A stretch of DNA of 63,979 bases, counting the filler, from Circinaria calcarea (Eukaryota), in assembly GCA_051942165.1 (NCBI GenBank). It is 3 parts of 3 records of this genome, joined end to end, with 100 filler letters (N's around TTAATTAATTAA, not from the genome) between each part and the next. Parts side by side here need not be neighbours in the genome. Positions count along the whole stretch, not along the records: positions 1 to 22,168 come from JAVECS010000130.1; positions 22,269 to 44,401 come from JAVECS010000131.1; 1 more part is not named here. One strand, given 5' to 3'. Both the position numbers and the translations under genes were made by a program. The notes beneath the pieces were generated by a model. That model was not told the DNA's origin, did no database searches, and was given only the letters and a program-made list of their open reading frames with translations. Shown here piece after piece: positions 12,229-22,667 of the stretch (position 1 is the stretch's first letter; every line of letters begins with the position of its first letter).

Positions 12229-13586
12229 ATGGACTGCAGAGGGGATTCTAGCTTTGCCCATGCACTGAAGCAGCAAGGATGCCAATACACAGCTTCAAAC
12301 ATCCAGACTATCGACACGCGTACCATGGACAGTCCCCAGGACATTACATACCCCCACCAAGAGATAGCCCCGTCACATTCAAGATATATGCGGCGGTGTC
12401 AACCCTACTACTCAACACAGAGCTACTCTGCACAACATCCTTACAACTACCATCAAGACGGGTCCTACTATAGACCAAATAGTGCTGCCAGTGCTTCGCC
12501 ATACAGTTACCATGAAGGCTTTCTAACGGCCAACCATCATAACTTCGGTGGCGATGCTCCACACCAAGAGGTAAAGGCTGAGCCTAGCGAGCAGCACAAT
12601 CAGTGGAGCCCAGGCGAATTCAGGGAGTCGAGTTCCAACAGTTTTGCTGGTAAGTAGCCTTACCATAATTCTCGAAAGAAGATTGACAAAGGCAATTGGT
12701 ACATTGAAGCTCACGTAGCCACTTATCTAGGACAAAACGATACTGATTTTAAGTACGAGGTTCCACGAACCTCGTTTGTAAACACTCAACAACATATCCC
12801 TTCTTCGCATGACCAGCTCGCAGCTACATGCGGCTTAAACAGAGCGACATCCAAGAATCAAACCTGCCACTTTTGGCGCAACGGCCGTTGTATCTATTCA
12901 GAAGATGCTTGTTTCTATGCGCATCATAACATAGACCACAAAGACTCTCAGCCAGTCAAGTGCGAATCTGATTGTGAGCGCGGCCACATTTGCAAAAAAA
13001 ACGAGCTGGTAAACTGATAGTACGTGCAGGTGCCTCCACTGGATATAGCAATACCGATGATGTTTATTCTCCTCAGCCCGCCTTTGTTGATCCAAGTGCG
13101 CCTGCACCCCATGGAACCCAAGCATCTTCGGAACAGCAGAAACATCCGGAGGAACCAACACATCTATTGCCCTTCCATCTCACCAGCCCAGCAACCAGCG
13201 AGCTACCCAACCCCTACCGCCCCGATCTCAGCCCCTCATTCCCTCCCCACCAACCTGATCCCCGAACCGCAAACGCCATCACCACAGCCTACCAAGAGAT
13301 CACCCACCTCAAGGCCGTCATCAGCGCGCAGAAAATCGCTCTTTCCGACGCCAGGATGATTGCCCTACAGGAGGCCAAGCACTACGCCTCTGAGCATGAG
13401 AGGATATGCCGCTTGGCGGAGAGTGTCAGAGAGGGCACCGCGAATTCCAAGACGGTGATGTATGCAATGGATGAGATGGCGCCGAGACTCTTGCAGAGAA
13501 AGCAGACTATGGAGACGTTGGCGAAGAGGGTTGATTGTGGGGACAGAAGGGAGGGAGTTGGTGGGGAGGGGGCTGTGAAGGCTTGA
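12229..13586 (+). CDS. Array copy F: CCCH (C-x7-C-x6-C-x3-H) zinc-finger protein with helical C-terminus
   Basis: Exons 12229-12649, 12731-12973 and 13030-13586. The middle exon (not in the ORF track) encodes KNQTCHFWRNGRCIYSEDACFYAH. Introns 12650-12730 and 12974-13029 are canonical. Start codon uncertain. Confidence 0.8.
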
Positions 13587-14067
13587 GTCTGGATTAGGTT
13601 GGCGTAAGAGAATAGATTGGGATTTTGAGTTTTAGATGGTATTTGGAAAGAGACTTTCCTCTACATAGCACAGAGGCATGGAAGTCTACGGTTTCAGAAA
13701 GCACCTTGGAGATAGGAGCATACTTCAGGAAGCACGCATTCAAAGGAATAGAAGAGCAGTAGACGCATTGAAGACCCTACGCTGAATCGAAGAACATCCC
13801 TCCCTATAAGACATAGCGTACTTCAATCTTGCTCAAAGATGAATTGATCAAACCATAGGTATGGAACTTTCCATGAATAAGACTACATCGAATAGTAGCA
13901 AAACGAGAATACGGAATGGCGGGAGAGTCAGGTTATGGAATCGGCAGAACATGTCAATACAGACATGGTGGAAGAAAAATATATCTTGTACAAAAAGGTG
14001 CGAGAGATCGCTCCGCAGTCTTGTGATAAATAAGGGAGGGGTGCTGGAAAATCGGGACTAGTAATAT

Positions 14068-14131
14068 AGGAATTAGGTGATAGAGGAATTAGGTGGTAGA
14101 GGAGTTAGGTGATAGAGGAATTAGGTGATAG
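14068..14131. repeat. Minisatellite, 4 x 16 bp (AGGAATTAGGTGATAG)
   Basis: Copies at 14068, 14084, 14100 and 14116 with single A/G variants. Confidence 0.9.
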
Positions 14132-14767
14132 AGTAGGTGAGGATATCAGCTCTGTAGTCGGTGAAGCATGAAAGCAAGGTGCCACGGTGCTTAGTACAAT
14201 TTCAACGGTGGACGCACTATCTTGAAGGTGCGGTTCATTATCTCAAACAATGGAACAAGGTTGCCAAGTGAAAGGACTATCTTGGGGGCTGTCTCAAATG
14301 GTGTAGGGAGTGTCTGGAACATGCATACTCAAAGAACAATCAAGACTTGCGCTATTGAATGTCCAGATCATGACAGATGTCTAGGAGAGAAGGCTGGATG
14401 AGGGTCGCACATTCTCTGACAATGAGTCCTTGTATCAAGTGGCGTCTGTTAGCAAATAATGAAAGTCAACAACCGATTAGATACGACCGGATTCCAAAAG
14501 CTGCATTTACTTTTCTAGGCAATTCTTGACTTTCCTGGCTTGCATTGCCAAAAGTATCCAGCACTGACGAGAAGGAATCATCTCGAATCACTTTGCGGAA
14601 CAAGTAGGTATATATGGCATGCACTCTCCTATATGACATTGACATCACAGCCACCTTGGTTTTTTTTAGAGCCACAAACCCCAGACATATATCTTTTTTA
14701 GTAACCACCACCGAGAACCAAAAGTGCTTTCTGAGGGCTCACTGCACACTGTTGGCCAAGAAACAAC

Positions 14768-15229
14768 ATGGCCAGGCCCATCGACACAGGTCATGCCATA
14801 GAGCATCCAGCCAAATTTAGCCTGGAGGGATTGACCTATAGTCTTTTAGATGAAGGAAACAATTGGCCACCAGTGACCATCAGACGAGTGAGGCCAGAGA
14901 AAAACTTGTTGCCGAGAGACATACTCATCATTCTCCACGATCTCATGAACAAGGTGAAGGAAGCGGTGCAAGAGTTCGATAACCATCTCGCTACACTCGG
15001 TCCCCAGGTTGAAGCTGGCAATCTTACTTGGGTGAACGATTACGAGCTCAGCTGGGAGGCCCACAATCGTTTGCGCCTGGCGGCACAGGCTTTCCAAAAG
15101 AAGAAGTACCAATCCCCAGAGCACGCAAAGCTGGTCGAGCCTTTCAATAAGCACTTGGAGGAGCTTCTAGAGTACGAGGATCAACAGATGGCGGACCTGA
15201 TAGAAATGAAAGAGGCATTCGAGTACTGA
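14768..15229 (+). CDS. Hypothetical helical protein, 153 aa
   Basis: Intronless ATG-started ORF with protein-like amphipathic helical composition. No family recognised. Confidence 0.55.
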   Translation: MARPIDTGHAIEHPAKFSLEGLTYSLLDEGNNWPPVTIRRVRPEKNLLPRDILIILHDLMNKVKEAVQEFDNHLATLGPQVEAGNLTWVNDYELSWEAHNRLRLAAQAFQKKKYQSPEHAKLVEPFNKHLEELLEYEDQQMADLIEMKEAFEY

Positions 15230-15814
15230 TCGGAAGCATTACCCGAGGTACTGGCGAGTCTGTCGGAACCAGGTGCACTGAGATTTTGAGACATCTAGTA
15301 AAGGTTTCTCGTTGCAATGGGGGAGCATATGTCCGTTAGCAAACCTATAGATCGAAAGAAGCAGATATCTTCAGCCAAATGGACCAGCAAGTAGCATACA
15401 TCTCCATTCCGGTCAAGTCGAGAACAGCTGGCAATGGATTTCAGACTGATTTAGGAGTCTTTCTGTGTTCTCGGTGGACAAGTACTGAGGTCTTGTACGG
15501 TCTAGCAGATAACTTAGACAAAGATCTTTTTCTTCAAATGATGCTGAAATTACACTGCCTACTTCACACTCAGTACGTCCAACCAAAGAAACTTTGCAGC
15601 CATCCCAACAGCTTCACCTGTAACTCGTGAGATCTAAAATAAATATCGAAATCGAGAAGCTTGAGAAATCCCTGTGTAGTATGATCATCGGTGGGACCCT
15701 ACATGCACAAATTTACGCGTTGTGCTCGTAGGCCGGTAATCAAACGCCAGGGTAAGCTCCCAGAGTAAGGCATGAGCCTTTCGAAAATGAAAATAGTGTG
15801 CTCCAAAAAGCCCC

Positions 15815-16161
15815 TCGACTCACAACGATAGAAGGGAAAACCTCGATTCGGTTAGTGTAGGGCTAAGTGGAGCTAAAAAATATCATTTTATTTTCCACAT
15901 TTTGTAGGGCTGAGTTTGCTAGAAATTTGGTGCGTGAAACCCACATCGACTCTCAACGATAGCTCGAACTGGTTAGCGCAAATTTGCCCCTAGCGTTAGG
16001 GTGATTTGGCTCCCCTTCGGATCCGAGATGGTCGATAACACTAGTCTAGGGTTAATTCATTGCTGAGCGGAGGACAAAGATAAGCCCTGGAGGCCCCCTT
16101 CAATACATAAGTTGATATCGACATTCAACGATGAAGGGAAAAACCTCAACTAGGTTAGTGT
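15815..16161. repeat. Three dispersed degenerate ~30-45 bp direct repeats
   Basis: TCGAC..CAACGAT..(GAAGGGAAAA)CCTC..GGTTAG at 15815-15858, 15946-15976 and 16118-16161. Confidence 0.6.
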
Positions 16162-16243
16162 GACCGCCTTGCAACTCGTTGCGCCAAAAATAGCACTTGA
16201 GAATTAGATAGTCACAAGGGGATCAAATGTTGGTCCTATAGCA

Positions 16244-17181
16244 TCATATGGCTCCTAATTCCTTAAGCTTTGCTATCATACCATCAACATCTGATACCTT
16301 TGCGCCGCCCTGCCGTGGGGGAGGTTCTGTAGTCATAGTTAGCCAATTTGCCACATTACCTATTGTAACGTCTCGAGTATTCCAAGGACATACCCGTGAC
16401 CTTCAAGGTCTTCAGTCTCCGCTTGTCGTCTATTCCATAATCGGCCAACGTCTTCTTCTCCAACTTCTTCTTCTTTGCCTTCATGATATTGGGCAAACTT
16501 GCATACCTAGGCTCGTTCAAGCGTAGATCTGTGGTGATGATCATAGGTAGTTTCGCCCGTAGTGTTTCTATGCCTCCATCCACTTCCCTCATCACTGTTA
16601 CATTATCCCCATCGAAGTCGACCTTACTTGCCGATGTGGCCTGCGGCCACCCCAGTAGCCCAGCAAGCATTTGTCCAGTCTGCATGCTATCATCGTCGAT
16701 ACTCTGCTTCCCCAGTATTACTAGGTTTCGATCCTCTTTCTCGACGATCGCCTTCAAGAGTTTTGCTACGCCTAACGGCTCCAAGTCTCCATCCTTTTCA
16801 GTATTTACCTCGACGTGTATGGATCGATCGGCACCCATGGCCATTGCCGTGCGGAGGACATCGCTGCATTTTGCGACGCCAGCTGAGACTGCTAGGATGT
16901 CTGAGACCGGAGTTTGTTTTCGTTCCCGAATTCGGACGGCTTCCTCAATGGAGAGTTCATCGAAAGGGTTCAAGGAGTGTTTGACGCCCACAGTCTCGAC
17001 GGCGGTTTGGGCTTTGTTAACACGAGGTCTTATCTGCCAGTGAGACACCGAATATTAGTTGGGCTTCAAGAATAACAAGAATTCGAATGCCGGCTTTGAA
17101 GTAGCGGAGGAATCGATTGGAGCTCACCGCATAGTCAATGACTCTTTTGACAGGTACAAGAATTCGGAGCGATGTGGACAT
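16244..17181 (-). CDS. ETFB: Electron transfer flavoprotein beta subunit
   Basis: Motifs MSTSLRILVPVKRVIDYA, NPFDELSIEEAVR, LGKQSIDDD and DLRLNEPRYASLPNIMKAKKK. Exons 17181-17128, 17033-16394 and 16326-16244 with canonical introns. Confidence 0.95.
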
Positions 17182-17780
17182 GATTATGTACAGCGTAGGG
17201 AGAATAGGAACAAGCTCAAAGGCTTTCGTATATCTACCACGAAGCAGCTGTGAAGTCGGAAATCTCCGATTGTGGTTTTTGCCTCGGCAATGTTTTAGCA
17301 CGCGCCTTTCTCGACCATTCCCTAGCAGACGCCTTTGTTTATTCAGCACAAGCTGGTGTTTTGTTTGTCTCGACGAAGCTGTGTCAAGGAACATCCATCC
17401 ATTGGGTCCACAGCTAGACCTCAGAGGATGACAGCTTATGCTCAACAGCTTTATTTCATCCGATAGAACACGGGAGTGCTTTTCTGTGTCCTTCTTCATA
17501 CTCCGACATGTCTTGTTCTTTACTAAACCTGCTAGACGTACGGTATCTATGGGGTCCTTTGACAAGGTATCTTTTGGTACCATAGAAGCCTATCGAATAT
17601 CATCTCCTGAGGATATATATGTTCATCTGGTCTTGATCATTCCTTCAAATCATTCCAGTCCAGATTTACCTTGCATATATTCAATAACCTCTATTTCTAT
17701 TACACTCATTCTATATAAAACACCCCTTCCATTCAAAAACCAAGAGCCGTTCACTCAAGATGAAGATTGGTACCACAGCT

Positions 17781-18533
17781 ATGAGCGCCAGGTGCGCACC
17801 GGACTGTCATTTCATATCCCTCCTTCCCCGAGAAATTCGTTTTCAAATATTATCATATCTACTTGCATCGGAGCCCACAGACCTATTCCCGGAACGTGGT
17901 CTCTCACGTCAGTGCTCCTTATACCCTGCCATTCTCTATACCTGCAAGCTACTCGAACTGGAAGGCACCCAAATCCTATACGGCAATCTACTGGTTATCG
18001 ACATATGCGAAGCCACAATTCCTACACCCTTTGGAATTCCGATACGCAAATGGTGCCATGACATAGGGAGGAATGCCCCGATGGTGAGAAAGATCCGACT
18101 TTATGGGAGATGGTTCCAGCCAGTGGCGTCTATATACTACGACCTTTCTTTGAAATATGTATTGTTTCTGAGACGTACCTTGATAACGGTAGGGAAAACT
18201 CTGAACAAACTTCAGACCGTGGAAATTCAACCGACAATGGGAACTCATCATATCTGGGTCTGGGGTCGAAATGACGAAGCATTCTACACTATCGCTTGTT
18301 ACCTATGGAACTCGGGCAGTGCGCTTGCCCCAGAAAGATGGGAAGAGCCAACCATGCGACTTTTCGATGGATGTGAGGATCTGAACGGTGTGACCATCCT
18401 GCCGGTAGAAGGAGAGATGAGTCTCGACAAGTATGACGGGGATAGTAATGATGTTGTGTGTTTGCTGGCTTTAAAGGAATTGCTCGCCCGGATTGACAAA
18501 GGTACAAGGCGAAGAAGGGGGGTTGGTCGATAA
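17781..18533 (+). CDS. Fungal protein with N-terminal F-box-like motif
   Basis: FISLLPREIRFQILSYLL followed by PAILYTCK..E..ILY..N, a pattern typical of fungal F-box-like hypothetical proteins. Intronless ORF. Confidence 0.65.
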   Translation: MSARCAPDCHFISLLPREIRFQILSYLLASEPTDLFPERGLSRQCSLYPAILYTCKLLELEGTQILYGNLLVIDICEATIPTPFGIPIRKWCHDIGRNAPMVRKIRLYGRWFQPVASIYYDLSLKYVLFLRRTLITVGKTLNKLQTVEIQPTMGTHHIWVWGRNDEAFYTIACYLWNSGSALAPERWEEPTMRLFDGCEDLNGVTILPVEGEMSLDKYDGDSNDVVCLLALKELLARIDKGTRRRRGVGR

Positions 18534-18819
18534 TCCCAGGCGGAAATGACCGAGACCAGAGCTATGCCAGCTTGCTCTGTCTGGTCTGCGTCTATGTGAG
18601 TGGAGTTACAGTGTTCCAGGTTTGGATGTTGCTCTTTGCATCACAAGGATAAAGAGGCTTCGTTTAAAACAATCAAATTTTAATCGGTATGTATCTGCTA
18701 GATATCTATGGTAGCTTCCTTGCTAAAGTTATCAACTTGCATTGATCTTCTGCAATGGGGAGGTGATTCAAAATTGAAACGGCATCGGTATGCGAAGGAG
18801 TTCCAGTCCTACTTTAACA

Positions 18820-19412
18820 CTTCTTATTGCAATATGCTCATTTGTGCATAGCTTCACTGGAAATCTTCCATACTAAACCGTGCTCCTTGTGATTCTCCAT
18901 GGTGTGTGTTTGGGCTGGTTCTCGTAAGTAAGCCCCGTTGCAGCAGTGGTGCCAGCAGATTCGACCGTGGATTGCGGAGTGCGTAAAACAAGTAAGGTTG
19001 ATAGGGCCCGAGTATACCAACTGCGCCACGACAGCCAACGTCGATAGATGGTTGGCGGTACGGCTTTGAAATCCTTTGTGGATTAAGCATGTGGTTGGTG
19101 TATTACTGCAGCACTTTAAGGGGCTCGAGGTCAGAGATACAGCCTGCCCTCTCAGACATGCGGGATTGGACGCGACCCATGAAAAGAATTATCCTGCAGT
19201 GCGAGAGCATCAGAGAGATTAAGGTATTGGACGAATATACTCAGGGAAACAGGTTGAATTATGAGGAAAGAAGGTGGCTAGTGGACATGCAGGGTATCAT
19301 TGACGAGACAAGGAGAAACCCAAAGGCGGCCGACCAGAGGGTCATTGGATCAAGAGAGTTAAATTCCATGGAAACTGTAGTAATAAAAACATCTCTCTTA
19401 CTATTGCTCTAG
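18820..19412 (+). pseudogene. Decayed tandem paralogue of the 17781-18533 gene
   Basis: From 18935, PLQQWCQQIRPWIAECVKQVRLIG aligns with PIRKWCHDIGRNAPMVRKIRLYG. ORF 19089 DWTRPMKRIILQCESI aligns with RWEEPTMRLFDGCEDL. The pieces are in different frames and bounded by stops. 5' limit approximate. Confidence 0.55.
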
Positions 19413-19539
19413 AATTAGACGGCTGTACTTAGCCAGTAGAACACGTTGTTTCGGGAAGCATCTTGTGATTGGTCATACTCGACTGTTAACTTGATTGTTG
19501 TTTGACGGACTACCTAGAAAGCCTACAGCTTCGGATGGT

Positions 19540-20581
19540 CTAGATCAGTCCCATAGTCCTACGACTGATGCCTCTCCCATATACCTTTTCCGCCAGCATT
19601 CTCAACATCATCGGCATGAACCAGTCATAGTGTTCCACAATATCACTCACTTCCACTGCACGGTAGATATTACTCCACCTACCCCTTTCCCCGGCTTGTT
19701 TCTCGCCTGCACGTCTTTTCTCCTTACTCCACCATGCCGGAAGAATCCCATCTCGCGTTTCAGCTTTGTTAAGAAAGCGCTTGAACCGCGGTAGGGGGTC
19801 CTCGTTCGCATACAAGCCACCAGCATAGCCAATGAACGCATGTTCGTCTTCAAGTCTAAGACGGTAGGCATCAATGAGCGTAGCGAAAGCATCTTGCTCA
19901 GAAAGAATGCTGAGGTATGCGGAGTAATCGAGCCCTCCGAAAGGGTTTGAGGTAATTGCATGTGCCAAGACTAGGATACCAGAAGCGACGTTGAAAGTAG
20001 AGAGTAGCGCTTGCAGTGGCGTAGGAGCAGGTGTCGATGGGTCTAACCTGGCGATACCTTGATCGCAGGCTGCTCTGTGCATTTCCCGGTCTGCTATTTC
20101 GCAATCCCAAGAACAGTAAAGGCCATGGTGACAGCTGTCGCAGCGTTTCAGAGGATAATAAAGCTGGGATTCTGGTTTTCTGCATCTCGTGCACACGGGG
20201 TCTTGCCTCCTACTCCTATAAGCATCATCAGCAAAGAGTTGGTAATAAGCGACAGTGAAGAGACCAATAAAATTCTTGGGAATGTTCGGATTCCTCCGAG
20301 TTTCCTGTATCGTCAGATGCTTCAGATCCCTCCGAGTTTCCTATATCGTCAGATTCTTCAGATCCCTCCGCGTACCCAGTATAGCCAGAGTCGTCTAATT
20401 TTGATTTCGAAGACCCTTCAGACTCTTTGAAATCTTTCTCTTCGCTGTTTTTCCATTCCGCCTTCTTGCCTTCTGGCTCTTTCCCATTGGCATCCTTCCC
20501 GTGGTCATCCTTCCGTTCCTCGAATGTCACCCTTTTCAACTTCATACCCAGATCCATTATCTTATGAGTATGGTTTGCCAT
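19540..20581 (-). CDS. MYND-type zinc-finger protein with acidic N-terminal repeats
   Basis: MYND motif CTRC..CDSC...YCSWDC...H...C, then the fungal MYND-associated LIDAYRLR..LPAWWS..MPMMLRMLAEKVYG region. A putative 49-nt phase-2 intron (20264-20216, atypical GTCTCT donor) links it to ORF 20228-20686 from ATG 20581. Confidence 0.75.
20285..20372 (-). repeat. Coding 33-bp tandem repeat (~2.5-3 copies, EGSEESDDxGN)
   Basis: TTCAGATCCCTCCGAGTTTCCT(G/A)TATCGTCAGA recurs at 33-nt spacing. Confidence 0.8.
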
Positions 20582-21088
20582 TCCAGAGCCTGAGAACACA
20601 AGAAAGCGCCTAAAGGAGGACAGTAACTGAAGTGAAAGATTGAAAGAGAGGCGCATTGGACAGGAGTCCGCCGTACTTAACCTCACGAGAGAACCGTCGC
20701 CCGCTTGTCAGTTTCACGGTCAGACATCTCTAATCCTACTGAAGAGTGTCGCAGTACTATTTACTGCTGGCTACCGCCCCGGTTTCGGCATTTTCTTTTA
20801 CCACTGACACAAAAAGTGGGATAGGTTACTTTCTGTCTTTCACCTGCACAATGACCAGCAGCTTCAGCATATTTCCAACGTGTTCACAATCTCAGCCTTT
20901 GTAGATTTGTTCCAGCCGTTCATGCGAGCGGGCCACAGTCTTACTTTCTCTTACGACTGCAGAGGCTGTGAAAGCGAAGGCGGAAGTCATGGATGCGGAA
21001 TATGTAGATCTGAGCATAGTACTGTACGTAAAGCGTGTAACTCTCAGTACACGAGAATTTTTCCCATTGAAGGCTAAGCGAGGGCATT

Positions 21089-21264
21089 CACGCGCTTGAC
21101 AAAAAAAGTGGTTAGTTATTTAATTACTTGCTCACCGTAGCTCCCACTAACAGCAGGCGTAAAGCCCCGGGAATCCAAGGCTCACCACAATTCTCGGGGC
21201 CTTATTAGGCGAGCAACTACGGCGAGGCAAATCAGTAATTAACCACTTTTTTGTCATGCGCGTG
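21089..21264. mobile_element. 176-bp hairpin MITE with target-site duplication
   Basis: TIRs CACGCGCTTGACAAAAAAAGTGGTTA / TAACCACTTTTTTGTCATGCGCGTG. Inner inverted arms at 21161-21174 and 21190-21203. Direct repeat GCATT at 21084-21088 and 21265-21269. Confidence 0.8.
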
Positions 21265-21695
21265 GCATTCCAGACTCCACCTTCGAACTTCCCAACTCAT
21301 CTGATCCTAACTCCCTCACGACCATTCCTGTTTTCAATCGTAAATATACTCATAAACCCTCGCCCCAATACCCCGCTCATATAGATTAGATCCAAAGGAG
21401 ATGGCGTGACAAGGTTTTTCGGTCTATCCAGATGTTCTCGACTACAACTGCCAAGCCAAATGAGCACGTTTGCGTGCATATCATACTAGGAATCTAGAAA
21501 GTGAAGGCCGCCACAAGAACTGGCCGTCTCGTACTAACGAACATCATTCGCCTACTCCGTCATGATATCTCCATTTCACTATCCTAAAAAAGCGAGAAAA
21601 CGCGGTTCGCCCATCTTTTTAAAGTCGAGCATGTCTCTCTATCTTTCTCTCCCTCGTTCCTCCAGTCAAGACGCCTCACGCTTTCTAAGCCCGCC

Positions 21696-22168
21696 ATGTA
21701 TTCCATCTCCTTCCTCTTCTTCCTCACCCTCCTGCACCTAACCGCAGCCCACTTTACTTTCGACTACCCTCCCACGCGCGGCGACTCCTTCCTCCCTCCC
21801 GCCTCCCAGTGGCTCCGTCCCTGTAAGCCTCCCATTCCTCTTTCCTCTCCCTTTCCGCCCCAACCTCTCCCACTAACTCCGCTGGCCCCTACCTAGGCGC
21901 CGGTATCCCCCCAACCACCAACCGCACCCTTTACCCCCTCTCCTCTGGCCCCATTCTCATCAAAGGTTCCCACCCCTGGGCCCTCACTTACGTAAACCTC
22001 GCTCTCGGCTCCAATGCCACCACCTTCAACATCTCCCTCGTGGCCGGCTTCAATCAAACGGGCAACGGCACCTTTTGCTTACCAAACGTTGTGCTACCGC
22101 AGGAAGCTGGGGTGAGCGAGGGTGCAAACGCGAGTTTGCAGGTCATCCAGCTGGGGACGACGGGGAGT
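21696..22168 (+). CDS. Secreted BIM1/X325-like (LPMO-like His-brace) copper-binding protein, 3' truncated by the gap
   Basis: Signal peptide ending AA|HFTFDYPPTRG puts His at mature position 1. Intron 21823-21896 gives RPC-AGIPPTTNRTLYP..GSHPW..GNGTFCLP..GANASLQVIQ. Confidence 0.75.
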
Positions 22169-22268
22169 NNNNNNNNNNNNNNNNNNNNNNNNNNNNNNNN
22201 NNNNNNNNNNNNTTAATTAATTAANNNNNNNNNNNNNNNNNNNNNNNNNNNNNNNNNNNNNNNNNNNN
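22169..22268. other. Assembly gap with artificial TTAATTAATTAA six-frame-stop linker
   Basis: 100-nt N run with the linker at 22213-22224, same format as the second gap. Confidence 0.95.
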
Positions 22269-22498
22269 ATTTTATATATTTTTTTAATATATTATATATA
22301 AATAAATTTATTATAAATTTTTTATTATATTAAGTTTAAGGTTTCGGCGCCGAGTTTTTATATATAATATATTTCTTATAGATTTTTATTAAAAGATTTA
22401 AATTTAGACGAATTACGGAGTAAGTTTTCTCTATGTTTTTTTCTCCGCACGCATTGCAAGCAATGAGAGCAATAAAAGAATTACGGTTGCTATTTGGC

Positions 22499-22667
22499 CA
22501 GCTGGCTCGACAGTGGAGTTACGCAGGATAGGTGTCTCCCTGCTGGCTCGACGACGGGATTGTAGGAGTTACGTAGGAAGAAACCAGCTGGCTCGACAAT
22601 GGGATTGTAAGAGTTATGCAGGAAGAAACCTGTTGACTCGATAATGGGATTGTGGGATTTACGCAGG
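22499..22667. repeat. ~45-bp tandem repeat, 3 copies plus a partial one
   Basis: GCTGGCTCGACAATGGGATTGTAGGAGTTACGCAGGAAGAAACC variants at ~22501 (partial), 22542, 22587 and 22632. Confidence 0.85.

Noticed and set aside
16483..17583. Antisense and extended ORFs over ETF-beta, and the many short ORFs within TRA1, RTS1 and the ABC1 kinase
   Set aside because: Shadow frames of real genes with no independent motifs.
22213..22224. TTAATTAATTAA palindrome inside N runs (also 44446-44457)
   Set aside because: Identical 100-nt format at both gaps; an artificial contig linker, not biology.
22499..22667. CRISPR-like reading of the 45-bp repeats and of the 15.8-16.2 kb repeats
   Set aside because: Eukaryotic context, no regular unique spacers, degenerate repeats and no cas genes.
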